Part shown: positions 28,424-38,870 of the stretch, one piece after another
Numbering within the stretch: position 1 is the stretch's first letter
How the letters are laid out: each line of letters opens with the position of its first letter
NCBI GenBank assembly: GCA_963807605.1
Contig: CAWECG010000003.1
Location: 128,001-192,000, forward strand
Source: Candidatus Bathyarchaeota archaeon
GTDB taxonomy: Archaea > Thermoproteota > Bathyarchaeia > 40CM-2-53-6 > RBG-13-38-9
Direction: 5' to 3'
Length of the DNA stretch: 64,000 nucleotides
Notes under the pieces: generated by a model
What the model was told of the DNA's origin: nothing
Database searches by the model: none
The model's input: only the letters and a program-made list of their open reading frames with translations
Program-made: the position numbers and the translations under genes

Positions 28424-30598
28424 TTGGTTAGGGAAGAAATCCAGTTAAGAGTGGCCGACGCGAAGCAAAGAGACGTAGGTCATGGAAAAGTAAGAGTCGA
28501 CAATGAATCCATGCGAAAGTTGTCGGTGACTGCAGGGGACTTTGTCGAGATACGCGGCAAGAAGACTACCACCGCAGTCGTCTGGCCCGCTTATACTGAG
28601 GATCAAGGCCAGGATATCATCCGCATGGACGGGCTTCTCAGGCGCAACGCAGGCGTTGCCCTCAACGAATACGTGAACTTAAGGAAGGGCGAGGTCAAAG
28701 AGGCTCAGAGCATAATCTTCTCCCCCACTGACGTACGCCTGAACATAGATGAGGAGTTTGTGAGTTTCGTCAAGAGAAGATTCATGGATATGCCCTTTGT
28801 GGAAGGGGACACCGCGATGCTCTCAATATTTGGCAGCGCAGTCCCCCTCGTTGTAACCAGAACCAAGCCCAAGGGCCCAGTCCGCATCACAGAGGAGAGC
28901 ATGGTTCAGGTTCTCAGTGAACCAGCACCAGAGAGGAAGGGCATCCAAATAGTGACATACGAGGACATTGGCGACCTCCACGCACAGATACAGCGAATAC
29001 GTGAGATGGTTGAGCTGCCGCTGAGACACCCTGAACTCTTCCAGAAACTCGGCATAGACCCGCCAAGAGGTATTTTCCTCTACGGTCCACCAGGGTGCGG
29101 CAAGACCTTGCTTGCCAAGGCCGTCGCGAACGAGTCAGACGCAAACTTCTACGTAATCTCAGGCCCGGAGATAATGTCGAAGTTCTACGGTGAATCTGAG
29201 GCGAGACTCAGGGAGATATTCCAGAAGGCCCAGGAGACGTCGCCGAGCATAATATTCATCGACGAAATGGACGCGATAGCGCCCAAGAGAGAAGAGGTCA
29301 CAGGCGAGGTTGAGAGAAGGGTCGTCGCCCAGCTACTCTCACTCATGGACGGAATGAGCTCCAGAGAGAACATAATAGTGATAGGCGCGACAAACAGGCC
29401 CAACGCTATAGACCCAGCCCTACGCAGACCAGGAAGATTCGACAGAGAGATAGAGATCGGAGTCCCTGACAAACAGGGAAGAACTGAGATGCTCCAAATC
29501 CACACCAGGAACATGCCCATGGCAGGAGACGTCGACTTCAAGAAATTGTCAGACATCACACATGGATACACAGGTGCCGACACAGCAGCCCTATGCAGAG
29601 AGGCAGCGATGAAATGCCTCCGCAGATATCTTCCAGAACTCAACCTAGAGGAGGAACGGATCCCCGCAGCCATCCTTGACAAGATGGAGGTGAAGATGGA
29701 TGACTTTATGCAGGGCTACCGTGACATCACTCCCACAGCTATGCGTGAGGTCTACATCGAGGTCCCGACCGTTCACTGGCAGGATGTGGGAGGCTTAGAC
29801 CAGGTCAAGGCTGAGCTTATCGAGGCTGTCGAGTGGCCGATCAAGAACTCTGAAATGTACAAGAGAATGGGAATCAACCCACCAAAAGGAATCCTATTAT
29901 ACGGGCCCCCAGGATGCGGAAAGACGATGCTTGCGAGAGCTGTTGCTACAGAGAGCGAAGCCAACTTCATATCGATAAAGGGCCCAGAGGTCTTCTCAAA
30001 GTGGGTTGGAGAAAGCGAGAAGGCGATACGCGAGGTCTTCAGAAAAGGACGTTCCGCAGCACCCTCAATAATATTCTTCGACGAGCTTGACGCAATAGCT
30101 CCAAGAAGAGGCATGGGCTACGCAGACTCTGGAGCCACCGAGCGCGTCATAAGCCAACTCCTAACGGAACTCGACGGCATAGAATCCCTGGAGAACGTCG
30201 TCGTGATAGCCGCATCGAATAGACCGGACATAATAGATCCAGCAGTTCTCAGGCCTGGAAGATTTGACAGGCTCATATTCGTCCCATCACCAGACCAGAA
30301 GACGGTAAAACAAATCTTAAAGATACACACAGCCAAAATGCCTCTCTCACCAGATGTTGATCTCGACCAGCTAGCAAGATCATCTGTCGGCTACTCCGGC
30401 GCAGACATCGAAGCGACGTGCCGAGAAGCAGCCGTGTATGCTCTGAGAAGAGACGTCAATGCAAAAGAGGTCACATGGATAGATTTCAAAGACGCTATGG
30501 CCAAGATCAGGCCGAGCATAAGCTCAGACATGAACGTATGGTATCAGAGCTTCACGAAGAGACATACAGGCGAGAGAGCGTCTATACCAGTAACCTAG
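28424..30598 (+). CDS. cdc48: Cdc48/VAT AAA+ ATPase
   Basis: Two GPPGCGKT Walker A motifs, DPA.RRPGRFDR. Confidence 0.97.
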   Translation: MVREEIQLRVADAKQRDVGHGKVRVDNESMRKLSVTAGDFVEIRGKKTTTAVVWPAYTEDQGQDIIRMDGLLRRNAGVALNEYVNLRKGEVKEAQSIIFSPTDVRLNIDEEFVSFVKRRFMDMPFVEGDTAMLSIFGSAVPLVVTRTKPKGPVRITEESMVQVLSEPAPERKGIQIVTYEDIGDLHAQIQRIREMVELPLRHPELFQKLGIDPPRGIFLYGPPGCGKTLLAKAVANESDANFYVISGPEIMSKFYGESEARLREIFQKAQETSPSIIFIDEMDAIAPKREEVTGEVERRVVAQLLSLMDGMSSRENIIVIGATNRPNAIDPALRRPGRFDREIEIGVPDKQGRTEMLQIHTRNMPMAGDVDFKKLSDITHGYTGADTAALCREAAMKCLRRYLPELNLEEERIPAAILDKMEVKMDDFMQGYRDITPTAMREVYIEVPTVHWQDVGGLDQVKAELIEAVEWPIKNSEMYKRMGINPPKGILLYGPPGCGKTMLARAVATESEANFISIKGPEVFSKWVGESEKAIREVFRKGRSAAPSIIFFDELDAIAPRRGMGYADSGATERVISQLLTELDGIESLENVVVIAASNRPDIIDPAVLRPGRFDRLIFVPSPDQKTVKQILKIHTAKMPLSPDVDLDQLARSSVGYSGADIEATCREAAVYALRRDVNAKEVTWIDFKDAMAKIRPSISSDMNVWYQSFTKRHTGERASIPVT

Positions 30599-30611
30599 GA
30601 GCAACACGACT

Positions 30612-30851
30612 GTGGAGAAGCTGTGGGGGCCGCGACCAATACAGAACGTGGTTGTAGAGATCCTCCAGAAGAAAGGAGCCATGACCGATGAGGATCTCGT
30701 CAGTGAACTTCGAGAATCATACGGGGATGTAAGCTTCAGAGAAGTGAACAGTATCCTGATGAAGCTGGAAGTTCAAGGAGTCGTCAGGGTCTCAAGACTT
30801 CTCAAGAAGAAGAGAAGGGTTGAATTAGTAACGGCCTCCTCAACCAACTAA
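30612..30851 (+). CDS. Small winged-helix protein
   Basis: 79 aa, LMKLEVQGVVRV. Confidence 0.7.
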   Translation: MEKLWGPRPIQNVVVEILQKKGAMTDEDLVSELRESYGDVSFREVNSILMKLEVQGVVRVSRLLKKKRRVELVTASSTN

Positions 30852-30860
30852 CCATCAAGC

Positions 30861-31568
30861 TTAGCACTTCCTCTTTCTCAAGACATCCTTTCCATAACGA
30901 ACAAGCGCCACCTCAAAATCTGTGAACGACCTGCCTTTTACTCCGCTCCTCACCCAGAGATTCTGAAGCTCTCTAAGAATCGCCCTCTTGTCACCATCAT
31001 TCTTGACCTTTTTCCTAGTCAAACCTAGACTTTCGGCAGACTTAATCGCCAGTTCCTGCAATGGGGGATCGGCCATACCCCAGATTCCTCTCAGTTCTCT
31101 TAGAAAGATACTCGCAGTCACATCGCCTATTCCTTTGCCAAGCTCCTTAATCTTTGCCTCTAGATCTCCAGGAGTTGTAGCATCTAGATATAATCGGTTG
31201 AGATCACCCTGGTATCTTCTCTCAAGGTTGTTCACCACCTCAAGTAGCTTGGTGGCAGTCTTGAAATCATAGCGGGCATAACCGCCAGAGTCGAGGACCT
31301 CAACCAGTCTATCCCAACCAGCTTTCACTATACTCTTAGGGGTCGTAAGATCATTCGCAGCGAATTTGTAGTAGGTGTTAACGGCGATCTTCTCCGATAT
31401 TCTTGCTCCAAACAGGATTGAGGCGAGGAACCATTTGAAGACCTCACTCCTACTCGAGTCTTCTAGTGTGATGCCCAGTTCTGTCGAGAATCTATTCCCG
31501 AACCTATCTACCAGTTCGTCCACAGTCTCTCGAAGAGAATGCCTCTTTCGTATTTCAGAGTTCTTCAT
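30861..31568 (-). CDS. HhH-GPD-like DNA-binding/glycosylase-fold protein
   Basis: WFLASILFGARI, GGYARYD, KGIGDVTASIFLRE. Confidence 0.8.
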   Translation of the reverse strand: MKNSEIRKRHSLRETVDELVDRFGNRFSTELGITLEDSSRSEVFKWFLASILFGARISEKIAVNTYYKFAANDLTTPKSIVKAGWDRLVEVLDSGGYARYDFKTATKLLEVVNNLERRYQGDLNRLYLDATTPGDLEAKIKELGKGIGDVTASIFLRELRGIWGMADPPLQELAIKSAESLGLTRKKVKNDGDKRAILRELQNLWVRSGVKGRSFTDFEVALVRYGKDVLRKRKC

Positions 31569-32119
31569 TTTCTCTGATCTTTTCGTTAATGTGTCGTCAA
31601 CTATTTTAGGCGCGCGCGCTGTCCAAACACAAATGGATTCCCCGGTTAGTTGGGTCAAAGCGCGGGCTGAGATATGAACCCACTATTTATTGGGGTTAAT
31701 CCCCTTTTATCGTCGGTTCGAGTAAGTGGGGGGTCACTTATCGTTGGGCGAAAGCTTAGGGTTTACCATCCGGAATTCGTATGACAGTTTTGGTCCACCT
31801 GTCGCGTGATACAACGCTGCAACGTCTACTTGAAGCCAAAAATTGATCCCAAGAGACAACGTCGCCTCTCGTTTGAACGTTTCAGAACTGAGCGCGTTTC
31901 AACGAGTCTCTAAGGGCCTTTCGTCCAAAAACTTCCGCATGCATTGCGAGAATGCCAAGCAATCTCTCTTCCCATTCTTTCTGAGATTCTCTAATTCGTT
32001 TCGATAGTCTTTCCTGGGTTTCTCTGTCTCGTCTAGTTATTAAATACTTAGGGCAGCTATCTCATAGCATCGAATCGATATAGAGGTACATCGGAAAAAA
32101 AGAGATAGGAGATTGAGTA

Positions 32120-32986
32120 ATGGTCATTCAAGGGACGAAAACTCATGCTGTCCCATTGACCAGCGAGCCGATTTTTCCGGAGAGTAGCGATGCCCTAGAC
32201 ATGGTGTCTGAGGCAATTGAGACTCATCGTCTAACGAAACGATTCAACAGCTTCACTGCGGTTGACCGCGTTGACCTCAGCGTGCACAAGGGAGAGATTT
32301 ACGGATTTCTTGGCCCAAACGGAGCGGGCAAGACCACAACGATAAGAATGCTTTGTACCTTGTTGACCCCCTCATTCGGAAGCGCCAAGGTTGCCGGATA
32401 CGATATTACTCGCCAAGCAAATGAGGTCAGGAAGAAAATCGGGCTGGTTTCCGAGAAGCTGATAATGTACCCTCGGCTAACGGCTTTTGAGAACTTGATG
32501 TTCTTTGGCAGCCTATACGGAATAAATCAGGATGCACTGCGAAAAAGGACAGACGAACTCTTAGACATGGTTCAGCTTACTCCATTCAAGGATAACCCTG
32601 TGGGCGGTTACTCAAGTGGAATGAGACAGAGGGTTAATGTTATTCGAGCGCTGCTGCACGATCCGGAAATAATCTTCTTAGACGAGCCCACGATGGCACT
32701 TGATCCTCAAAGCACGCGCTTCGTTAGGGATCTCGTAAAAGAACTGAAGGAAATGGGGCACACTATCGTCCTGACCACACACATAATGGAAGAAGCTGAT
32801 GAACTCTCAGACAGAATTAGCATAATTGACCATGGCAAGATGATAGCGACAGACACGCCTCAAGAACTCAAGAACAAATACAAAGCGGACAATCTACTCG
32901 ATGTCTTCTTGACTCTCACAGGTCGCGAATTAAGAGACTCAGCCTCTGATCGCATTCCCATGCGCAGGGTGATGGGGAGGATATAG
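32120..32986 (+). CDS. ABC exporter ATPase (DrrA-like)
   Basis: GPNGAGKT, YSSGM, FLDEPT. Confidence 0.95.
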   Translation: MVIQGTKTHAVPLTSEPIFPESSDALDMVSEAIETHRLTKRFNSFTAVDRVDLSVHKGEIYGFLGPNGAGKTTTIRMLCTLLTPSFGSAKVAGYDITRQANEVRKKIGLVSEKLIMYPRLTAFENLMFFGSLYGINQDALRKRTDELLDMVQLTPFKDNPVGGYSSGMRQRVNVIRALLHDPEIIFLDEPTMALDPQSTRFVRDLVKELKEMGHTIVLTTHIMEEADELSDRISIIDHGKMIATDTPQELKNKYKADNLLDVFLTLTGRELRDSASDRIPMRRVMGRI

Positions 32987-32990
32987 CCAC

Positions 32991-34202
32991 ATGCTCAGCG
33001 AACTTCGAACTTTTTTGATAGCTCTCAAGATAGCACGGCGTGACCTCCTGGACCTGTGGAGGGCAAAGATGCTTCTGTTCAGTTTCCTTTTGATGCCCCT
33101 CTTGCTGATGGCGATGTTTGGATATATGTTCCCGACCACGCCGAAAGCAAACCTTGCAGTCGGTAACATGCCCACAGCTTACCCCAACCTACCGATAGCT
33201 TTGGTCCAGGTAGACCAAGGTTCCCTTGCAAACGCTGTTGCGAATCAATTCGTAAACATTGCCCAGGCACAACAGCTATTCCGAGTATCGGAAATGGTTA
33301 GCTATCAGACGGCAAGGGATGGCATCGTACGGGGTACAATTTCCGGAATTGTCGTCATACCTGAGGGGTTCACAGCCGCGATCAGGTCTGGGATGCAAGC
33401 AACTGTGCAAGTAACCGTCGATGAAACTAACCCGCAGATTGCGGTAGTCGTCCAAGCTGAAATAGCCACAGTCTTCGGCGTGATATCATCAAGTATTTCG
33501 ACAACGACTATGAGGAATACTATGGGCAACCACATCAACCCGATCTTTCTTCTTGAACCAATTTCCATTGCCCATGAACCGTTGATTTCTGGGTCTTCTA
33601 CGACATTCCAATTCCTGGCGCCGGGGTTTATGGCGCTTACTGTGGTCTTCGGGGCTTTGTCAGGAGTTGGTTTTGCGATATCACGAGAAAGAGAGCAAGG
33701 CACCATGGACGGTCTTTTGGTCTCCCCCATAACTAGGAGTGCGGTGATTTTCGGCAAAGTTCTTTCTCAGACTGTGAGAGGATTGATTCAAGCTTTTCTA
33801 ATCTTGGGGCTTTCGATGCTGCTCTTTGGAGTGAGGATCTACGGGAGCCCGTTACTGATGGTGCTCACAATGGTCCTGGGGGTGACGAGTTTTGTGGGGG
33901 TTGGGATAATTCTCACATCGTTTGCGCCAGAACAAGAGACTGCCCAAATGATGGTTATCCTGCTGCAATTTCCTATGATGTTTCTCAGTGGCATAATATT
34001 CCCGGTGAGCTCGCTTCCAGACTGGATGCAGTGGATAGGAAAATCTATGCCGCTGTATTATGCTGCTGACGCACTCAGAAAAGTAGTCATATTAAACGCT
34101 GGCCTCAACGTGATAGGAATGGATCTAATGATCCTTGTTGCCTATGCGCTCGTAACATTGACAGTAGCGGTACCCCTCTTCGAGAAAGCAATGACTCGCT
34201 AA
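32991..34202 (+). CDS. ABC-2 type permease
   Basis: EREQGT..LLVSP, FLSG..FP. Confidence 0.92.
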   Translation: MLSELRTFLIALKIARRDLLDLWRAKMLLFSFLLMPLLLMAMFGYMFPTTPKANLAVGNMPTAYPNLPIALVQVDQGSLANAVANQFVNIAQAQQLFRVSEMVSYQTARDGIVRGTISGIVVIPEGFTAAIRSGMQATVQVTVDETNPQIAVVVQAEIATVFGVISSSISTTTMRNTMGNHINPIFLLEPISIAHEPLISGSSTTFQFLAPGFMALTVVFGALSGVGFAISREREQGTMDGLLVSPITRSAVIFGKVLSQTVRGLIQAFLILGLSMLLFGVRIYGSPLLMVLTMVLGVTSFVGVGIILTSFAPEQETAQMMVILLQFPMMFLSGIIFPVSSLPDWMQWIGKSMPLYYAADALRKVVILNAGLNVIGMDLMILVAYALVTLTVAVPLFEKAMTR

Positions 34203-34250
34203 ACCGGAAATTTACGGTGATGAACATCGGGGGTCCGCCTGTGTGAGTGC

Positions 34251-34309
34251 GCCCGTATGCACCTAGAAAATTAAGTGAATCCAACAAGAAAATGCAATCC
34301 TAATTGCAC
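34251..34309 (-). repeat. Dispersed repeat family A, copy 1
   Basis: Reverse complement matches 39265-39322 and 62376-62433 (core TTGGATTCACTTAA.TTTCTA). Confidence 0.85.
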
Positions 34310-34341
34310 TGCTTGGAAGAGTATTTGAGTTTTAGGAAGGA

Positions 34342-34565
34342 AGAGTCCGACGGGATTCGATGCGTTATTGTTACCGGATTTAGACTCAATTCAATTAAGT
34401 TTTGTACCTGTTTTCAGGAACGTTAATGTGGTGGACCGGGCGGGATTCACACCGTTTTCGGTGCTAGAATCGGGTACAAAAATCACGCAGGTTCAAATCC
34501 CAACGGATTCAAACTTGTTATAAGACCTGAACCTTATTGATGGCGGGCCCGCAGGTATTTCACCA
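34342..34565 (-). repeat. Cluster of tRNA-3'-end-tagged repeat B copies and fragments
   Basis: Minus strand GAATCCCGCCCGGTCCACCA (34429-34448) and CCTGCGGGCCCGCCA (34541-34555); body matches 39356-39440 and 55083-55150. Confidence 0.75.
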
Positions 34566-34632
34566 TATAAATGGTCAGATACGTGCTGAATTTGCATCCA
34601 GACGTGTACAAATCAGTACAATACTAGCGCGC

Positions 34633-35737
34633 GGGGTTGTCCCGTTATTAGCGTTTTCATGTTAGGTTTGTCCAGTAGGTTATGCTTCTGGTTTTGGTGG
34701 GTTGTTTGGTGTTGTGTGAGGCTTCTATGGTGTAGAGGAGGCATAGTATGCAGTAGCTGATGTGGATGGTGATGTTTTCTAGTCCTCGTGTCTTGTGGTT
34801 GTTGAGGTTGAGGTGTTCTTTGAGTGATGCGAAGACCAACTCGATGATGGAGCGTTTATTGTAGATGTGTTTGAGGTTTTCTGGGCCGTGTGTTTTGAAG
34901 TCGCTGGTTACTCTGAGGATGTTTTGTCTTTCAGGTTTCTGGTTGGCTGGGTAGGGTATCGCGGTCTTGATTCTGTGTTTTTTAGCGGTCTCTCTGAGTC
35001 TGTTGCTGGAGTATTGACTGTCAGCGGTTAGCTGTCGGATTCTGGTTGCTGTGGTTTTAACTGTCATTTTGAGGAGTGGTATGCTCGGTTTCTTCTCGTT
35101 AGTGTTTGCTGGTGTCACTAGGAATGTTAGGGGTGTGGCTGTGTCTGTATCGACTGTTAGGTGTAGTTTGTAGCCTAACCCGTATGTGCGGTAGGCTCTT
35201 CCTACACGTGCTTGAGGGTCACTGAAGCCTGTTCTATTGTTTATGTTTCGTCTGCTGTAGGCTTTGATGAAGGTGGCGTCCATAGCAACTATTCTTGGTG
35301 TTACATAGCGCTTCTTCAGCAATTTCTTGACCTGTTTGTTTACTATGCGTCTTAGTCTTCTTGTTCCTAGTCGCTGGTTGAATCTTGAGAGTACCGTCCT
35401 ACCGTAGGCTGGCTCCTCATATCTTATGTCGCATATGTCACGTAGCCGCTCATCGATCCATAAGCGATGTTCAAGCTCACGCAGACTGTTTATTCTGAGG
35501 TAGCGTCTGGCAAGGTGTGCCTTGAAGAGTCCTAGAGGGTTACGTGGAGGTTTACCTGGACCTTCTTGATGATAGCAACTAACAACTAGACGTTCAACAA
35601 ATGATAAATCCAGATTACTCAGCAGTGACTCCAGAGTCTCGTACCCTTCTATCTGGAATCTCCTCCAAGTAGAAGGGTGCGGGGCTCAACCCTTATGGAT
35701 CTTTCCGTGTCAACTCAAAGAATATCGGGACAACCCT
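34633..35737 (-). mobile_element. IS5/IS4-superfamily insertion sequence (~1.1 kb)
   Basis: TIRs GGGTTGTCCCG(T/A)TATT at both ends; GCGCGC on both flanks. Confidence 0.9.
34657..35634 (-). CDS. DDE transposase (DUF772-like N-terminus + DDE_Tnp_1-like domain)
   Basis: DAT, GYKLH, ADSQY, YNKRSIIELVF; frame stays open upstream of 35322 (GPGKPPRNP); CTG start inferred. Confidence 0.9.
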   Translation of the reverse strand: MESLLSNLDLSFVERLVVSCYHQEGPGKPPRNPLGLFKAHLARRYLRINSLRELEHRLWIDERLRDICDIRYEEPAYGRTVLSRFNQRLGTRRLRRIVNKQVKKLLKKRYVTPRIVAMDATFIKAYSRRNINNRTGFSDPQARVGRAYRTYGLGYKLHLTVDTDTATPLTFLVTPANTNEKKPSIPLLKMTVKTTATRIRQLTADSQYSSNRLRETAKKHRIKTAIPYPANQKPERQNILRVTSDFKTHGPENLKHIYNKRSIIELVFASLKEHLNLNNHKTRGLENITIHISYCILCLLYTIEASHNTKQPTKTRSITYWTNLT

Positions 35738-35983
35738 GCGCGCTACATTATTGAAAAAAATATCGTGTATAGAAGCATGCAGATGCACCCGCAGTGGGAT
35801 ACCTTTTAGTGTTTTTACCAAAACAGTGGCTGAAATAAAAACTGGTACATGTAAATAAGCAGTTGACACAGACAACCAGTACAGGAAATAAGTATTGCAT
35901 AAACGTAAGATAAGTATGTAGCGCGCGAGAGTCAGAGGTACTTCCTCACAAGTATCTTGCTGTTTACTGTCAGTCGGCAGGTA

Positions 35984-36118
35984 TAGTCTACAAACTTCTA
36001 TTAGGTTTACTTCTTTTACGGGCGGTGTTGTTTCTTTTTTCTTCTGTTATATGGGAAACTGCTAATTTTTCTATTGGAAATTTGCACTTATACTTCTTTT
36101 ATGGTGTCTGCAGCCTAT
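35984..36118 (-). repeat. AT-rich diverged repeat, inverted copy of 62137-62276
   Basis: TACAAACTTCTATTAGGTTTACTTCTTTT is shared; the remainder is moderately diverged. Confidence 0.85.
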
Positions 36119-36163
36119 ACTCGTTTACTTGTTTGCTTCTTCACTTCTTTTTTAGCGCGCGCG

Positions 36164-36562
36164 CAACTAGCTTGATTGTAGGAAAACACGGAATGAAACT
36201 AGAAAGAACTGCCATCTTAGATGGTTTATCGCATTTAGGGAGTTTATCCAAAGAAAATCTTTGATATTTCATATATCTCGCGGTCAACTGTCTTAAGTCT
36301 TGAAACAGCTTTTTTCAGAGGCACGGGCACAATCCTATTACCCTTTAAGCTTACCATGTAGCCGAACTTCTTCTTAGCCACAAGGTCTATCGTCGCCACC
36401 CCAAATCTTGTCCCTAGAACCCTGTCAAAGGCCGTCGGTTCACCACCCCGTTGTATGTGACCTAGAATTGTGGCTCTGGTTTCAAGCCCTGTTTTTTTCT
36501 CTATCTCTCTCGCCAAATAGCCTCCTACCCCCCCAAACCTGGCGTGGTCGAATTCGTCCATC
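36164..36562 (-). pseudogene. pfkA: Near-identical inverted duplicate of the pfkA 3' end and downstream DNA (61532-61930)
   Basis: 399 bp with 4 mismatches seen. Confidence 0.95.
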
Positions 36563-36609
36563 GTACACTGCTGGTTTCCATTTCATGTAGCTCAAACGCA
36601 TAGCGCGCG

Positions 36610-37635
36610 CTAGAGTTTCTGGAATAATTCGATGTATCTCTCAGCTATCTTCTCGGCCGTACTCTTCCTGACATACTTTTCCGCTGCTTGGATAGTTTCC
36701 GCCAACATGTCACCGCTTTCCATCACCTCAATGACGCATGCCTCGAATTCATCCGCTGTTCTGTACTTTAGGATCTCCTTATGGAAGTTCTCAAAGAATG
36801 GTGAGTCCAACGCTATGATTGGGCAGCCTGAACCAAGGCATTGATGGGCTGTGCTCGAAACGACTGCTTTCGTCTCAACCTGTCTATTGAGAATAAGAGC
36901 GTCGGAGGCGTGCAAGTAGTCGTAGAGCCTCCCTATATTCGGAGCTTCGTTCCTGATATCCACCTGAATGTTGCTGGCCACTATCCGATTTGGTGCATGG
37001 ATGCTGACTACTAGGAGTAGAATGGGGTAGCGTCTTCCCAGCGTTGAGATGCTCTGCAGCAACTCAAGGTCTTCCTTGACGTGTTGACCGAATACCAGCA
37101 GGATTTCCCTATTCAGCGGCAGACCCAGTTTCTGTCTGACCTCCATTTTATTCCCTTTTACAACAGGGTGACATGGGAAGGGTATGACATCGATTATCTC
37201 TTCCGGGAAGGCCTCCCGAAGAAACTTCCTGTATCTCTGGTCGAAGCAGACTATCGATTCCCATTGAAACTGGTAGAATGAAGGGTCGGAGGGAAGTTTA
37301 GCCTCATGTATTATGTTCACGGTTCTAGCTTTTTTTCTAATGTGGTGAAAGATCTTCTTCAACTCGTCTCTTGGAAGCATACCGAGGTTCTGAACCACGA
37401 AAATATCGTGATCAGAACTCAATATTGGTCGAGGATCAAGGTATCTACTGACTCGGAAACACCTGGTGACGTAGGTCTCATCCTCTCCCACGAATGTGGT
37501 TCCATGGAAACCTGATTGAAGATAGGAATAGAGCCGGAGATCATGCCCTTCTCTAACCCATTCTCTTCCTATCAGCTCGGCGTGAACGGAGGAACCTGCA
37601 TCAAGGTTCCAAGCGCCCATCATACCAATCTTCAA
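36610..37635 (-). CDS. GT-B fold (GT4-like) glycosyltransferase, paralog 1
   Basis: HAELIGREW, RQKLGLP, YLHASDA, LGSGCPII. Confidence 0.8.
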   Translation of the reverse strand: MKIGMMGAWNLDAGSSVHAELIGREWVREGHDLRLYSYLQSGFHGTTFVGEDETYVTRCFRVSRYLDPRPILSSDHDIFVVQNLGMLPRDELKKIFHHIRKKARTVNIIHEAKLPSDPSFYQFQWESIVCFDQRYRKFLREAFPEEIIDVIPFPCHPVVKGNKMEVRQKLGLPLNREILLVFGQHVKEDLELLQSISTLGRRYPILLLVVSIHAPNRIVASNIQVDIRNEAPNIGRLYDYLHASDALILNRQVETKAVVSSTAHQCLGSGCPIIALDSPFFENFHKEILKYRTADEFEACVIEVMESGDMLAETIQAAEKYVRKSTAEKIAERYIELFQKL

Positions 37636-37826
37636 ACGTTACATCTTCTAGGCATAAGCGTTCAATTCAGGAACTCCGGCACTACAATGTCTGCACGTTG
37701 ATGGAGTTTCCAAAAGGTTTCTTAGTTCCTGCGTTATGAAATAGTGTGAACGAGAAAGATAAAGATGTGAAAACAGAAGATTTGGAATGCAGTAACCTTC
37801 CTTGGTAGGGCTCTAATCGACGAAGA

Positions 37827-38870
37827 CTAGATGGTCTGGAAAAGTTCAATAAACATTTTTGCGATTCTCCCGCTTTCACACTCTTCGCTGCATCTCTTCG
37901 CCGCTTCTCTAGCTTTCCTCCATTCATCTCCCTGTTCGAAAGCCTCTACCAGGCACCTCCTGAACTCTTCTTGATTGGCGTAATGGAGAACCGCGTCCTG
38001 CATCCCATACAGGAAATTTGATTCTCTAGCCGTCGCTATGCATCCTGACCCCAAAGCGAAGTGGAGCGTGCTGGAGAGAACTGCGTGGGCATTCGTAGGT
38101 CTCTTCGGATAGAGCCACGTATCGCTTGCATGTAGATATTTGTATAGTTCGTCTCTTTCCAGAACCTCCTTCTTGAAGTTGTAGTTACAGGTCGACGGAT
38201 CGAGTCCCGTTATCCTCTGGCTCTCACTTATGATGATTACCCGAAGGTTGTACTCGTCGTTTAGTTCGGACAGGACTTGGATCTCCTCTTTTTGCAGGTG
38301 CCTCCACTTCTGACCGAAGATGAGGATGATCTTGGCGTCCAGGGGAAGACTCAGCTGCTTTCTAGCCTCTTCCTTGTCCCCAGAATTCCATCCGGTGCAG
38401 GGAAAGGGTATGATATGTATCATCTCCTCAGGGTAGACCCGCGTAAGCATGTTCTTGAATCGCATGTCGAAGCAGACCAAGGCGTCCCAGTCATGCTGGT
38501 AGAATGAGGTATCCTTCGATAGCTCACTGTCATGGACCACGTGGATGGTCTTGCCTTTACGCTTGATGATATGAAATATTTTCTGCAGTTTATCCATTGG
38601 AACCATGCCTATGTCTTGAGCAACAAATATTTCATACTCATTTTCTAGGAATGGTGTTGGATCGAGAAAATTGGTTAGCTTACCGGTTCCGAAACAACGA
38701 GTCACATAGTCTTCATCCTGTCCTACGAGCGAGCGACCATGATAATCCTTCTCTATGAAAGAGAACACTCTGAGAGGATGACCTTGCTCCACCCACCCTC
38801 TACCAACAAGTTCAGCATGAATAGAAACTCCGGAGGTCTGATTCCACGCAGCCATCATACCTATCTTCAT
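37827..38870 (-). CDS. GT-B fold (GT4-like) glycosyltransferase, paralog 2
   Basis: MKIGMMAAWN start, colinear with paralog 1. Confidence 0.8.
   Translation of the reverse strand: MKIGMMAAWNQTSGVSIHAELVGRGWVEQGHPLRVFSFIEKDYHGRSLVGQDEDYVTRCFGTGKLTNFLDPTPFLENEYEIFVAQDIGMVPMDKLQKIFHIIKRKGKTIHVVHDSELSKDTSFYQHDWDALVCFDMRFKNMLTRVYPEEMIHIIPFPCTGWNSGDKEEARKQLSLPLDAKIILIFGQKWRHLQKEEIQVLSELNDEYNLRVIIISESQRITGLDPSTCNYNFKKEVLERDELYKYLHASDTWLYPKRPTNAHAVLSSTLHFALGSGCIATARESNFLYGMQDAVLHYANQEEFRRCLVEAFEQGDEWRKAREAAKRCSEECESGRIAKMFIELFQTI

Noticed and set aside
28705-30336. Long antisense ORFs within cdc48 (and similar ones in other genes)
   Set aside because: Codon-bias shadows of conserved genes
34428-34513. 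Intact tRNA gene
   Set aside because: Only a 3'-end-like segment and an opposite-strand T-loop word; I could not fold a cloverleaf
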